Shown one piece after another: positions 55,367-64,000 of a DNA stretch of 64,000 nt; within the stretch, counting starts at the first letter, position 1, and each line of letters begins with the position of its first letter. Both the position numbers and the translations under genes were made by a program. The stretch spans positions 27,348-91,347 of the forward strand of contig VFJJ01000011.1 in NCBI GenBank assembly GCA_009886115.1, written 5' to 3'. This DNA is from Actinomycetota bacterium (GTDB lineage: Bacteria > Actinomycetota > Acidimicrobiia > IMCC26256 > VFJJ01). The notes under the pieces were generated by a model that saw nothing but the letters and a program-made list of their open reading frames with translations, was not told the origin of the DNA and searched no databases.

Positions 55367-56506
55367 ATGGAGTTCGGGATCTTCACGAACATGTACCACC
55401 CGAAGCACTGGCGTGACGGGCAGGTGCGGTCCGAGCACCAGACGCTCAAGAACGAGCTCGAGTACATCAAGCTCGCCGACCGGGTCGGCTTCAAGTACTC
55501 GTGGTCGGCCGAGCACCACTTCCTCGACGAGTACTCGCATCTCTCCGACTCCGAGACCTTCATGGCCTACGCGCTGGCTGTGACGCAGCGCATCCACGTC
55601 GGCTCGGCCATCTTCAACATCACGCCGCCGGTGAACCATCCAGCCCGCATCGCCGAGCGCGTCGCCATGCTCGACCATCTCGGTGAAGGTCGCTTCGAGT
55701 TCGGGACGGGAAGGGGCTCGTCGTCGATGGAGGTCTTCGGCTACGGAATCGACTCGATGGACCGCACCCGCGAGATGTGGGACGAGACGCTCCCCCAGAT
55801 CGTGCGCATGTGGGCCGAGGACGACTACTCGCACGACGGGAGGTTCTTCTCGATGCCCACCCGCAGGGTGCTGCCCAAGCCCTACAGCGACCCGCACCCG
55901 CCGATCTGGGTCGCGGCCGGATCTCCCGGCACGTTCGAGAAGGCGGCCCGGCTCGGGATCGGTGTGTTGTGCTTCACCCTCGGCCCGCCCGAGACTCTGG
56001 CACCGCTGATCGATATCTACAAGAGCACGATCGACAAGGCGGAGCCGGTCGGCGGCTACGTGAACAACAACATCATGGTGACGGGCGACATGATGTGCCT
56101 GGCCGACCCCGATCGCGCCCGGCGCATCGTGGCAGCCAACCGGGCCAGCTACCACACGGGACTGGTGTTCAAGTACCTCGACTCGTTCCCCCGGCCCGAC
56201 GGGTTCCCGGTCTGGCCCGACCTGCCCCCCGACCCGACCGTCGAGCAGATGAAAGCGGCCGCCGCAGCGGGGAACCTGTGCGTCGGCGATCCTGACGACC
56301 TCGCCCGCACCGTGCAGCGGTTCGTCGACATCGGCGCCGACCAGCTCACGTTCTCGTCGACGGTCTGCGACTACGACTTCGACGTCATTCGCGAGTCGTA
56401 CGAGCTCTTCGGGGCCGAGGTGCTGCCCAAGTTCGACCTCGACCCCGTCCACTCCACGACCCGCCAGCGCGAAGCCCAGTGCGGCGCCTCCTACGGGACG
56501 CGATGA
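55367..56506 (+). CDS. LLM-class (luciferase-like) flavin/F420-dependent oxidoreductase
   Basis: MEFGIF start preceded by GGAG. SAEHHF and GRFEFGTGRG motifs of luciferase-like monooxygenases. Confidence 0.85.
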   Translation: MEFGIFTNMYHPKHWRDGQVRSEHQTLKNELEYIKLADRVGFKYSWSAEHHFLDEYSHLSDSETFMAYALAVTQRIHVGSAIFNITPPVNHPARIAERVAMLDHLGEGRFEFGTGRGSSSMEVFGYGIDSMDRTREMWDETLPQIVRMWAEDDYSHDGRFFSMPTRRVLPKPYSDPHPPIWVAAGSPGTFEKAARLGIGVLCFTLGPPETLAPLIDIYKSTIDKAEPVGGYVNNNIMVTGDMMCLADPDRARRIVAANRASYHTGLVFKYLDSFPRPDGFPVWPDLPPDPTVEQMKAAAAAGNLCVGDPDDLARTVQRFVDIGADQLTFSSTVCDYDFDVIRESYELFGAEVLPKFDLDPVHSTTRQREAQCGASYGTR

Positions 56507-58080
56507 CGTCCACGCAGCCTTCCGCCGCCGGGAGCGGAGGCCCGGGGGCCGAGAGTGTGGGCCCGGGGGCTGGACCCCCATCCTCGGTGTTCCTCGGTGC
56601 GCTCGTGTTGCTCTCGTCGGCTGTGGTGCTCGTGAGCGAGATCGTGGCCACCCGGGTCATCGCTCCGTACGTGGGCATCACGCTCGAGACGATCTCGGCC
56701 GTCATCGGCGTCATCCTCGCTGGGATCTCGCTCGGGAGCTGGCTGGGCGGGGTGCTGGCCGACCGGTGGCCGGTCCGCGCCGTGCTCGTGCCCGCGCTCG
56801 CCATCGGGGGCGCGCTGCTGATCGCCTCGCCGTACGTCGTTCGTGAGCTGGGCCCGGGCCGCACGGCGTCGAACCCCACGAGCGCACTCGTCCTCACCAT
56901 CGCCGGTTTCCTCCTCCCGAGCATCGCCCTGAGCGCCGTTCCCCCGACCGTGCTCAAGACGTTGGCCCAGGGCGCACCCCGCCTGGGCTCGATCGCCGGC
57001 GCCATGTCGGCCATCGCCACCGCCGGAGCGCTGCTCGGCAACTTCGGCGCCGGCTTCGTGCTCGTCGGCACGTTGCGTTCCGGGCAGATCCTCGTGGTGT
57101 GCGGCTCGGCCTGCCTGGTGCTGGCCGCCATCACGGCGTTCGTGCTCCGAGACCGCACCACGAGCCGGGCCGGGATCGTGCCCGTCGTGCTCGTCATCGG
57201 CGGTCTCGCTGCCGGCGCCGGCCTCGATGCTCGGCTCCCGTGCGGCACCGAGACGAAGTACGTGTGCCTGAACATCGACGAGCTGCAACCCGACGTGTTC
57301 CTCGTGCAGAGCAACATCTACAACAGCAGCCGAACCAACGTGGCCGATCCCAACGACCTGGGCCTGCACTACGCCCGTGACGTCGCCGCTGTCGTCGCCG
57401 CGCACGAGGGCCGGTCGCCCGGTGCTGGGACTGGTGGCGGTCCGCCGGCGTTCGGGTACGTCGGTGGCGGGGGCTACACCCTCCCGCTGTTCTTCGAAGC
57501 CGCCTATCCGGGATCGTCGCACCTGGTCTACGAGATCGACGCCGACCTGGTGCGCGAGGTCGTCGAGGCCTTCGGGATCGACGATCTGGCCGAGCGCTTC
57601 CCGGCCCGCATCGGTGACGCCCGGGTCGAGATGGCCGATGCCGTGCCCGGTTCTTTCGACTATGTGATCGGTGATGCGTTTGCCGGCATCTCGGTCCCGT
57701 GGCACCTCACGACCGTCGAGTTCCTCGAGGACGTGAAAGCATCGTTGGGCCCCGACGGGCTCTACATCATGAACCTGATCGACTACGACAACCACGACCT
57801 GGCCCGGGCGCAGGCCCGTACCATCGAGGCGGTCTTCGGCGAGGTCGTGGTGATCGCCCCGGAGAACGTGTTCTCGGCCTCCGACGGCATCGGCGAGAAC
57901 ATCATCCTCGTGGGCGGAGCCTCGCTTCCCGATGAACCTGCGCTGCGCCCCGAGTTGCGTCGCCTGGACTCGCGCTCGGCGGTCGCCGGGGGCCGCAACG
58001 CCATCGACGCCTTCGTGGGCGATGCCACGCTCCTCACCGACGACTTCGCCCCCGTCGACCAACTCATCGGCCGCCCCTGA
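56503..58080 (+). CDS. fused membrane domain / spermidine-synthase-like protein
   Basis: ATGA overlap with the LLM gene. About 7 N-terminal TM helices, then a methyltransferase-fold region (VGGGGYTLP, DYVIGDAF, GLYIMNL). Confidence 0.8.
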   Translation: MTSTQPSAAGSGGPGAESVGPGAGPPSSVFLGALVLLSSAVVLVSEIVATRVIAPYVGITLETISAVIGVILAGISLGSWLGGVLADRWPVRAVLVPALAIGGALLIASPYVVRELGPGRTASNPTSALVLTIAGFLLPSIALSAVPPTVLKTLAQGAPRLGSIAGAMSAIATAGALLGNFGAGFVLVGTLRSGQILVVCGSACLVLAAITAFVLRDRTTSRAGIVPVVLVIGGLAAGAGLDARLPCGTETKYVCLNIDELQPDVFLVQSNIYNSSRTNVADPNDLGLHYARDVAAVVAAHEGRSPGAGTGGGPPAFGYVGGGGYTLPLFFEAAYPGSSHLVYEIDADLVREVVEAFGIDDLAERFPARIGDARVEMADAVPGSFDYVIGDAFAGISVPWHLTTVEFLEDVKASLGPDGLYIMNLIDYDNHDLARAQARTIEAVFGEVVVIAPENVFSASDGIGENIILVGGASLPDEPALRPELRRLDSRSAVAGGRNAIDAFVGDATLLTDDFAPVDQLIGRP

Positions 58081-58109
58081 CGCCGTGGGACCGGGTGGCG
58101 TCCGATGGG

Positions 58110-58283
58110 TCAACGGCCACGATGCTCCACACAGGCCGACTCATCGCAGCCGAAGGCCGGGCTGTCCCACGGGCCTGTCGCCTCGTCGTCACTCTCTCCC
58201 CAGTCGTCGGGTTCGTCGAGCGGGTGCGCCTCGTAGGCCGTGGCGTACAGCGCGTCGGTCTCCGCATTGCGATGACGGGCCAT
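58110..58283 (-). CDS. possible small acidic protein (57 aa)
   Basis: MARHRNAETDALYATAYEAHPLDEPDDWGESDDEATGPWDSPAFGCDESACVEHRGR. Located in an otherwise empty 359-nt gap. No RBS. GC3 cannot separate it from a plus-strand frame that shares the same wobble position. Confidence 0.25.
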   Translation of the reverse strand: MARHRNAETDALYATAYEAHPLDEPDDWGESDDEATGPWDSPAFGCDESACVEHRGR

Positions 58284-58439
58284 GAGGGTGAAGCAGCTCT
58301 GCCGTGAAGGCCGGACCACCTGCCAAGGGACTGTCGCCCACGAGCGACTCCTGGCAGTTGCTCGGGGCTGTCTGGGGTTGCTCGGGCGGGTGCATCGGCG
58401 GGAGGGCGCCCGAGGGGGCCCGAGTAGCATCCGGGGCTC

Positions 58440-59894
58440 ATGTTGGACCGTCTCGATCTCCGTTCCGGCTCCGGTGCCGCGCCCGATCTCGGGCGCGTGC
58501 TGGCGCGTCCCGGAGATGCTGCGAGCGGCTCGGCCGACGCCGACGACGCCGGACCCCTGGCCACCGTGCGGGCGATCATCGCCGACGTGCGCGAGCGCGG
58601 CGACGACGCCCTGCGCGACTACACGGCCCGCTTCGACGGGTGCACGCTCGACGCCATCGCCGTTTCCGCGGAAGCGGTCGATGCTGCGCGGAGCCATGTG
58701 CCCCAAGGGTTTCTCGATGCCGTGGAGTTCGCGGCCGGCAACATCAGGGCCTACCACGAGACGCAGCTCGACCCGGCGGCGACCCACGACGAGACCCCCT
58801 ACCGGCGAAACGGCGTAACCGTGCGGGAGATGGTCCACCCTCTCGACCGGGTGGGTCTGTACGTCCCTGGCGGACGGGCCGTGTACCCGTCGACCGTGCT
58901 GATGACGGCCATCCCGGCCCGGGTGGCGGGCGTCGAGCAGATCGCGTTGTGCGTCCCGCCCGACCGTGAGGGCAACGTCCCGCCGCCGGTGCTCGTGGCC
59001 GCCCGGGCCGCGGGGGTCACCGAGATCCACCGGGTCGGTGGGGCCCAGGCCATCGCCGCCATGGCCTACGGCACCGGGAGCATCGCCCCGGTCGACGCCA
59101 TCTTCGGGCCGGGGAACGTCTACGTCGCGCTGGCGAAGCGCGAGGTCGCGGGCGTCGTGAAGATCGAGTCGAACGCCGGCCCGTCCGAGCTGGTGGTGAT
59201 CGCCGACGCCTCCGTACCGGCCGACTGGGTGGCCGTCGACCTCATGGCCCAGGCCGAGCACGGGCCCGACGGAGCGGCGGTCTTGGTCACCTGGGACCCC
59301 GTCGTGGCCGACGCTGTCGACGCCGCGCTCGAACGCAGGACCATGGTCTCCGGTCGACGGGGCGACATCGAGGCCACGATGCGTACGTTCGGACGGGTCG
59401 TCCTCGTCGACGGCCCCGAGCAAGCCGTGGCCGTGGCCAACCACGTGGCTCCCGAGCACCTCCAGCTCATGTGCGCCGACGCCGAAAGCCTTGTGCCGCT
59501 TGTGCGCCACGCTGGGGCCGTGTTCGTGGGCCCGTACTCGCCGGTGCCCGTCGGCGACTACGTGGCCGGCGTGAACCACGTGCTACCCACCAACCGCACC
59601 GCCCGCTTCGCGTCCGCGCTCCGGGTGAGCGACTTCCAGAAACACGTGCACGTCGTGAGTCTCGACGAGGCCGGCCTCGACGCCCTGGCCCACCATGTCG
59701 AGGCCTTCGCCGCCGCCGAAGGCCTCGAGACGCACGGGCTCACGGTCGCGGTCCGCCGCCGGGTCTCCGCGGGCTGCGCCTCCGCGGGCGCTGGCTCCGA
59801 GGCACCGCCCACCGCCGCGGCTGCAGCGACCACCGCGGCTGCAGCGACCACGGCGCCCACAGCGCCCACAGCGCCCACAGTGAAGGGTGCCTGA
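58440..59894 (+). CDS. hisD: histidinol dehydrogenase
   Basis: GGAQAIAAMAYGT, SNAGPSE, QAEHGPD and EHL motifs. About 40-aa repeat-built C-terminal tail. Confidence 0.95.
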   Translation: MLDRLDLRSGSGAAPDLGRVLARPGDAASGSADADDAGPLATVRAIIADVRERGDDALRDYTARFDGCTLDAIAVSAEAVDAARSHVPQGFLDAVEFAAGNIRAYHETQLDPAATHDETPYRRNGVTVREMVHPLDRVGLYVPGGRAVYPSTVLMTAIPARVAGVEQIALCVPPDREGNVPPPVLVAARAAGVTEIHRVGGAQAIAAMAYGTGSIAPVDAIFGPGNVYVALAKREVAGVVKIESNAGPSELVVIADASVPADWVAVDLMAQAEHGPDGAAVLVTWDPVVADAVDAALERRTMVSGRRGDIEATMRTFGRVVLVDGPEQAVAVANHVAPEHLQLMCADAESLVPLVRHAGAVFVGPYSPVPVGDYVAGVNHVLPTNRTARFASALRVSDFQKHVHVVSLDEAGLDALAHHVEAFAAAEGLETHGLTVAVRRRVSAGCASAGAGSEAPPTAAAAATTAAAATTAPTAPTAPTVKGA

Positions 59895-61027
59895 TGGGCA
59901 ACCGGCCCCGTCTCCGCGACGACCTGCGCGAGCTCGCCGGCTACCACTCGCCCCAGGTCGACGTGTCGGTGCGGCTCAACACCAACGAGTCGCCGTATTC
60001 GCCCCCGGCCGAGTTCGTGGCCGCGTGGACCGACGAGCTCGCTCGATTCCCGCTGCACCGCTACCCCGACCGGGGTGCGAACGCGCTCCGGGCCGGGCTG
60101 GCCGAATCGCTCGACCAACCGGCCAACCGGCTGTTCTGCGCCAACGGCTCGAACGAGGTGCTCCAGACGATCCTCCTGGCCTACGGCGGGCCGGGTCGGC
60201 GGGCGCTGGTGTTCGAGCCCACCTACGCCCTGCACGCCCACATCTCGCGCATCACCGCCACGGGCGTCGTGGAAGGCGAGCGCGATACGGCGTTCCGGCT
60301 CGATCCCGATGCGGTCACCGTCGCCATCGACGAGCACCGGCCCGAGATCGTGTTCCTGTGCTCGCCCAACAACCCCACGGGAATCGTCGACTCTCCGGCA
60401 ACGGTGAGGGCCGCGCTCGACGCCCTCGACCGCAACGGCGGCGGGCTGCTCGTGGTCGACGAGGCCTACGGCGAGTTCGCTCCCTGGTCGGCGCTCGAGC
60501 TCGTCTCCGACGACGTGGCGCTGGTGGTCTCACGCACGTACTCGAAGGTGTGGTCGATGGCCGCGGTTCGCCTCGGGTTCTGCATCGCACCGTCGTGGCT
60601 CGTCGACGATCTCGACAAGGTCGTGCTGCCCTATCACCTCTCCGTCCCCACCCAGATCGCCGGGCGGCTCGCCCTGCGTTGGCGCGACGAGATGGCCGGA
60701 CGGGTCGAGGCTCTGGTCCACGAACGCCAGCGGCTGGTTGCCCGCATGGAGGCCGTCCCGGGAATGACGGTGTTCGAGTCCGGTGCGAACTTCGTGCTCT
60801 TCCGGCCGGGGATCGGCTCGGCCGGGGCTCCTCTCAACGAGGCCAGCGGCGCCAACCCGGTGGCCGACGCCGGCCAGCACCTCTGGGAAGCCTTGCTGGG
60901 CAAGGGAGTGCTGGTGCGCAACTTCGCCCGTTGGCCCCGCACCGACGGCTGCCTGCGGGTCACGGTGGGCACCCCCGAGGAGGACGATGCGTTCCTCTCG
61001 GCGCTGGAGGAGATACTGGAGCCATGA
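59894..61027 (+). CDS. hisC: histidinol-phosphate aminotransferase
   Basis: LNTNESPY, PNNPTG, and the PLP-Lys context SRTYSKVWSMA. TGATG junction with hisD. Confidence 0.95.
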   Translation: MGNRPRLRDDLRELAGYHSPQVDVSVRLNTNESPYSPPAEFVAAWTDELARFPLHRYPDRGANALRAGLAESLDQPANRLFCANGSNEVLQTILLAYGGPGRRALVFEPTYALHAHISRITATGVVEGERDTAFRLDPDAVTVAIDEHRPEIVFLCSPNNPTGIVDSPATVRAALDALDRNGGGLLVVDEAYGEFAPWSALELVSDDVALVVSRTYSKVWSMAAVRLGFCIAPSWLVDDLDKVVLPYHLSVPTQIAGRLALRWRDEMAGRVEALVHERQRLVARMEAVPGMTVFESGANFVLFRPGIGSAGAPLNEASGANPVADAGQHLWEALLGKGVLVRNFARWPRTDGCLRVTVGTPEEDDAFLSALEEILEP

Positions 61028-61641
61028 GCCACGCCATGAGCACATCGTCCGCGGCTCCACGGAGCGCATCGAAGACCAGGGAGACCAAGGAGACGAAGGT
61101 CGTGGCGTCGATCGTCCTCGACGGCTCAGGCACGGTCACGGTCTCCACGGGCATCCCGTTCTTCGACCACATGCTCGACCAGATCGGTCGCCACGGCGGA
61201 CTCGATCTCTCCGTCGAGGCCGAGGGCGACCTGCACATCGACCTGCACCACACGGTCGAGGACGTCGGCATCGTGATCGGCACGATCTTCAAGCAGGCCT
61301 TGGGCGACAAGGCGGGCATCCGCCGGTTCGCGTCGGTCCTGGTGCCGCTCGACGAGGCCCTGGTGGAGGTGGCGCTCGACATCTCGGGCCGGCCGTTCCT
61401 CGTGTACGAGGTCGACGCCCCGGCCGAGCGCATCGGCACCTTCGACCCGCAGCTCATGGAGGAGTTCTGGCGGGCGTTCGTCCACGCGGCCGACGTGACC
61501 CTCCACATCCGGTCACGTTCGGGCCGCAACGCCCACCACGTCGTCGAGGCGTCGTGCAAGGCCGTGGCCCGAGCCATCCGCGACGCGGTCCGCGTCGAGG
61601 GCACTGCCGTTCCCTCCACGAAGGGCACGCTCTCCTCATGA
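61024..61641 (+). CDS. hisB: imidazoleglycerol-phosphate dehydratase
   Basis: ETKETKV, FFDHMLDQ, DLHHTVED and GRNAHHVVEA. ATGA overlap with hisC. Confidence 0.95.
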   Translation: MSHAMSTSSAAPRSASKTRETKETKVVASIVLDGSGTVTVSTGIPFFDHMLDQIGRHGGLDLSVEAEGDLHIDLHHTVEDVGIVIGTIFKQALGDKAGIRRFASVLVPLDEALVEVALDISGRPFLVYEVDAPAERIGTFDPQLMEEFWRAFVHAADVTLHIRSRSGRNAHHVVEASCKAVARAIRDAVRVEGTAVPSTKGTLSS

Positions 61642-62267
61642 TCGCCGTGCTCGACTACGGCATCGGCAACCTGCGCTCGGCCGAGAAAGCCTTGCAGCGC
61701 TTGGGCGCCGACGCCCGACTCGTCACCGACCCCAGCGCGGTCGAACGGGCCACCGCCGTGGTGCTGCCCGGCGTCGGGGCGTTCGGTCGGTGCATGCAGG
61801 AGCTGCGCGCCTCGGGTCTCGACCGGGCAGCGCTCGCCGCGATCGACCGTGGCGTGCCGTTCCTCGGGATCTGCGTGGGGATGCAGATGCTCTTCGACGG
61901 TTCCGAGGAGGCGCCCGGCGTCACCGGGCTCGGCGTGTTCGCGGGTCTGGTACGGCGGCTCGCGGATGGCGTCGTCTTGCCGCACATGGGCTGGAACACG
62001 CTGACCATCACGCCCGGTTCGAGGCTGCTGGCCGGGCTGGACGAGCAGTCGTGGGTGTACTTCGTGCACTCGTACGCACCGGTGCCGACCGATCCGTCGA
62101 TCGTCGCCGCCACCACCGAGCACGGCGGCCCCGTCGTCGCCGCCGTCGAGCGGGGTCCGGTGTGGGCAACCCAGTTCCACCCCGAAAAGAGCGGCACGGT
62201 CGGTCTGGCGCTGCTCACCAACTTCGTGGCCGCGGCGGACGCCGCCGTCGAACCCGTTCCCGCCTGA
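61638..62267 (+). CDS. hisH: imidazole glycerol phosphate synthase, glutaminase subunit
   Basis: MIAVLDYGIGNLRS, GICVGMQ (catalytic Cys) and QFHPEKS. ATGA overlap with hisB. Confidence 0.95.
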   Translation: MIAVLDYGIGNLRSAEKALQRLGADARLVTDPSAVERATAVVLPGVGAFGRCMQELRASGLDRAALAAIDRGVPFLGICVGMQMLFDGSEEAPGVTGLGVFAGLVRRLADGVVLPHMGWNTLTITPGSRLLAGLDEQSWVYFVHSYAPVPTDPSIVAATTEHGGPVVAAVERGPVWATQFHPEKSGTVGLALLTNFVAAADAAVEPVPA

Positions 62268-62282
62268 GTCGGACGACATCCC

Positions 62283-63014
62283 ATGGACCTGTATCCGGCG
62301 ATCGATCTGCGTGACGGTCGGTGCGTTCGACTGCTTCGCGGCGACTACGACGCGGAGACCGTCTACGGCGACGATCCCGTCGCCATGGCCCGCGGCTTCG
62401 AGGCGGCCGGCTCCCCGTGGGTGCACGTGGTCGATCTCGACGCGGCCCGCAGCGGTGAGGCCGCGAACCTCGCCGCCATCTCCGCGATCTGCGCGGCGGT
62501 GGCCGTCCCGGTGCAATCGGGTGGGGGAGTGCGGTCGGTCGAAGCCGCCGAGCGGTTGTTCGGCGTCGGCGTGACCCGGGTCGTCGTGGGCACGGCCGCG
62601 GTCCAGAGGCCGGCCCTCGTCGACGAGCTCTGCGCCCGCTTCCCTTCCCGCGTCGCAGTGGGCCTCGACGCCCGGGGTCGCGACATCGCCGTGAAGGGCT
62701 GGACCGAATCGTCGGGCCTCGACCTCCTCGAGTTGGCCCTCCGGTTCGACGGCGCGGGCGTGGCGGCTCTGGTCGTGACCGAGATCGGACGTGACGGCAC
62801 GATGGACGGACCCGACCTCGCCCAGCTCGGCGACGTGCTCGGCGCCTGCTCGCTCGAGGTGATCGCCTCGGGTGGTGTGGGTTCGCTCGACGACCTGCGA
62901 GCCTTGGCCGGGTTGCGAATCGGGAGCCGAGCTCTCAGCGGCGCCATCGCCGGACGGGCCATCTACGAGGGGCGCTTCAGCGTCGCCGAGGGGGTGGCCG
63001 CATGCTCGCGGTGA
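62283..63014 (+). CDS. hisA: ProFAR isomerase HisA (PriA-type possible in actinobacteria)
   Basis: [21 protein letters not shown] and [12 protein letters not shown]. (beta/alpha)8 barrel family. Confidence 0.93.
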   Translation: MDLYPAIDLRDGRCVRLLRGDYDAETVYGDDPVAMARGFEAAGSPWVHVVDLDAARSGEAANLAAISAICAAVAVPVQSGGGVRSVEAAERLFGVGVTRVVVGTAAVQRPALVDELCARFPSRVAVGLDARGRDIAVKGWTESSGLDLLELALRFDGAGVAALVVTEIGRDGTMDGPDLAQLGDVLGACSLEVIASGGVGSLDDLRALAGLRIGSRALSGAIAGRAIYEGRFSVAEGVAACSR

Positions 63015-63763
63015 GGGTCATCCCGTGCCTCGACGTCGACGCGGGGAGGGTCGTCAAGGGCGTGAACTTCGTGGGGCTACGCGACGCGGGTGATCCCGTC
63101 GAGCTCGCGGCGCGCTACGACGCCGAGGGCGCAGACGAGCTCGTGTTCCTCGACATCACGGCCTCGTCCGACGAGCGCCGCACGATGGTCGACGTCGTGT
63201 CACGCACGGCCGAGCAGGTGTTCATCCCGTTCACCGTGGGCGGGGGCATCCGCACCAACGACGACATGCGCACGATGCTGCGGGCCGGCGCCGACAAGGT
63301 CTCGCTCAACACCGCGGCGGTGAACGATCCCGAGCTCGTCGAACGGGGCGCCGAGGAGTTCGGGAGCCAGTGCATCGTCGTGGCCATCGACGCTCGCGGC
63401 CGGACCGACGGCAGCGGGTGGGAGGTCTTCATTCACGGCGGACGCACCCCGACCGGCCTCGACACGCTCGAATGGGCGGCTCGGGTGTGCGAGCTCGGCG
63501 CCGGGGAGATCCTCCTCACGTCGATGGATCGCGACGGGACGCTCGCGGGCTACGACATCGACCTCCTGGCCGCCATGCGCGACACGGTGCCGGTCCCCAT
63601 CGTGGCCTCGGGGGGCGTCGGGACCCTCGAGCACCTGTACCGCGGCGTCGTCGACGGCCACGCCGATGCCGTCCTCGCGGCGTCGATCTTCCACTTCGGC
63701 CAGCACACCGTCCACGAAGCCAAGGCCTATCTGGCCGAGCGCGGCGTGATGGTCCGGCCGTAG
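63002..63763 (+). CDS. hisF: imidazole glycerol phosphate synthase, cyclase subunit
   Basis: [26 protein letters not shown] and ASGGVG. Overlaps the hisA end by 13 nt. Confidence 0.95.
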   Translation: MLAVRVIPCLDVDAGRVVKGVNFVGLRDAGDPVELAARYDAEGADELVFLDITASSDERRTMVDVVSRTAEQVFIPFTVGGGIRTNDDMRTMLRAGADKVSLNTAAVNDPELVERGAEEFGSQCIVVAIDARGRTDGSGWEVFIHGGRTPTGLDTLEWAARVCELGAGEILLTSMDRDGTLAGYDIDLLAAMRDTVPVPIVASGGVGTLEHLYRGVVDGHADAVLAASIFHFGQHTVHEAKAYLAERGVMVRP

Positions 63764-63811
63764 CGCTGCGGCACTCGAGCTGCGACCGAGCGGCCACCGA
63801 GCTGCGACCGT

Positions 63812-63863
63812 CGACCAGGAGTGAGTTGAACGGTCCAGAGGGGGCTCTCCTCACTCCTGGTCG
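63812..63863 (+). terminator. 14-bp stem hairpin downstream of hisF (no U tract)
   Basis: CGACCAGGAGTGAG (63812-63825) and CTCACTCCTGGTCG (63850-63863), with a 24-nt loop. Preceded by the direct repeat GAGCTGCGACCG at 63777 and 63799. Confidence 0.4.
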
Positions 63864-64000
63864 GCTGGGATGGGCCGCAGCGGAACCTGGCTGAACGAAA
63901 AGTGTCCAGGCGCGGGGGTGTTCACCCTTTCGTCGGTCGGACCCGGCTGGTAGCTTGGGCTCGGATCGGCGGGAGACCTGCTCGAGACAGCGGTTCCCAG

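Overview
High-GC (roughly 70% by eye) Actinomycetota-type chromosomal segment. Supporting this: no ftsA, SepF and DivIVA present, mshD present, and an LAxTG sorting signal. murB lies inside the dcw cluster, which I associate with deep-branching lineages such as Acidimicrobiia; that placement is inference only.

Layout:
- 1-3.2 kb: DUF58 fragment, MoxR ATPase, a small conserved ORF, an HNH endonuclease and aqpZ.
- 3.4-26.6 kb: a complete division/cell-wall block, mraZ-rsmH-ftsL-ftsI-murE-murF-mraY-murD-ftsW-murG-murC-murB-ftsQ-ftsZ-pgeF-yggS-sepF-yggT-divIVA. Nearly every junction from rsmH to ftsQ is a start/stop overlap (ATGA, GTGA or TGATG). The only sizeable gaps are mraZ/rsmH, ftsI/murE and ftsQ/ftsZ.
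- 26.6-38.7 kb: ileS, a DksA/TraR-like protein, lspA, an RluA-family synthase, an Rrf2 regulator, an alkaline-phosphatase-superfamily protein, a NUDIX hydrolase and dnaE.
- 38.8-49.7 kb: the least ordinary block. It holds a hypothetical protein and an LAFTG-anchored multi-domain surface protein with a thioester-like domain lacking the Cys. It also holds a minus-strand operon of Fe(III)-type ABC binding protein + permease (no ATPase) translationally coupled to a GT-C-like membrane protein and a cupredoxin lipoprotein. A divergent GT2 and a Glf-like flavoenzyme complete the block.
- 49.7-64 kb: small membrane protein, rlmN, mshD, S8 protease, nth, LLM oxidoreductase, fused spermidine-synthase-like membrane protein and hisD-C-B-H-A-F.

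I saw no rRNA, tRNA, CRISPR array, IS element or prophage.

Two recurring non-genic signals stand out. First, short perfect tandem repeat arrays (8-18 bp units) sit directly after stop codons and also in-frame inside essential genes. Second, several structured or periodic leader regions occur: an mraZ operator-like 10-bp phased array, a 21-bp stem sequestering the rsmH leader, a triple 12-bp repeat upstream of ftsZ, and a nested perfect palindrome after nth.

All functional calls come from motif recognition by eye. No database search was run.
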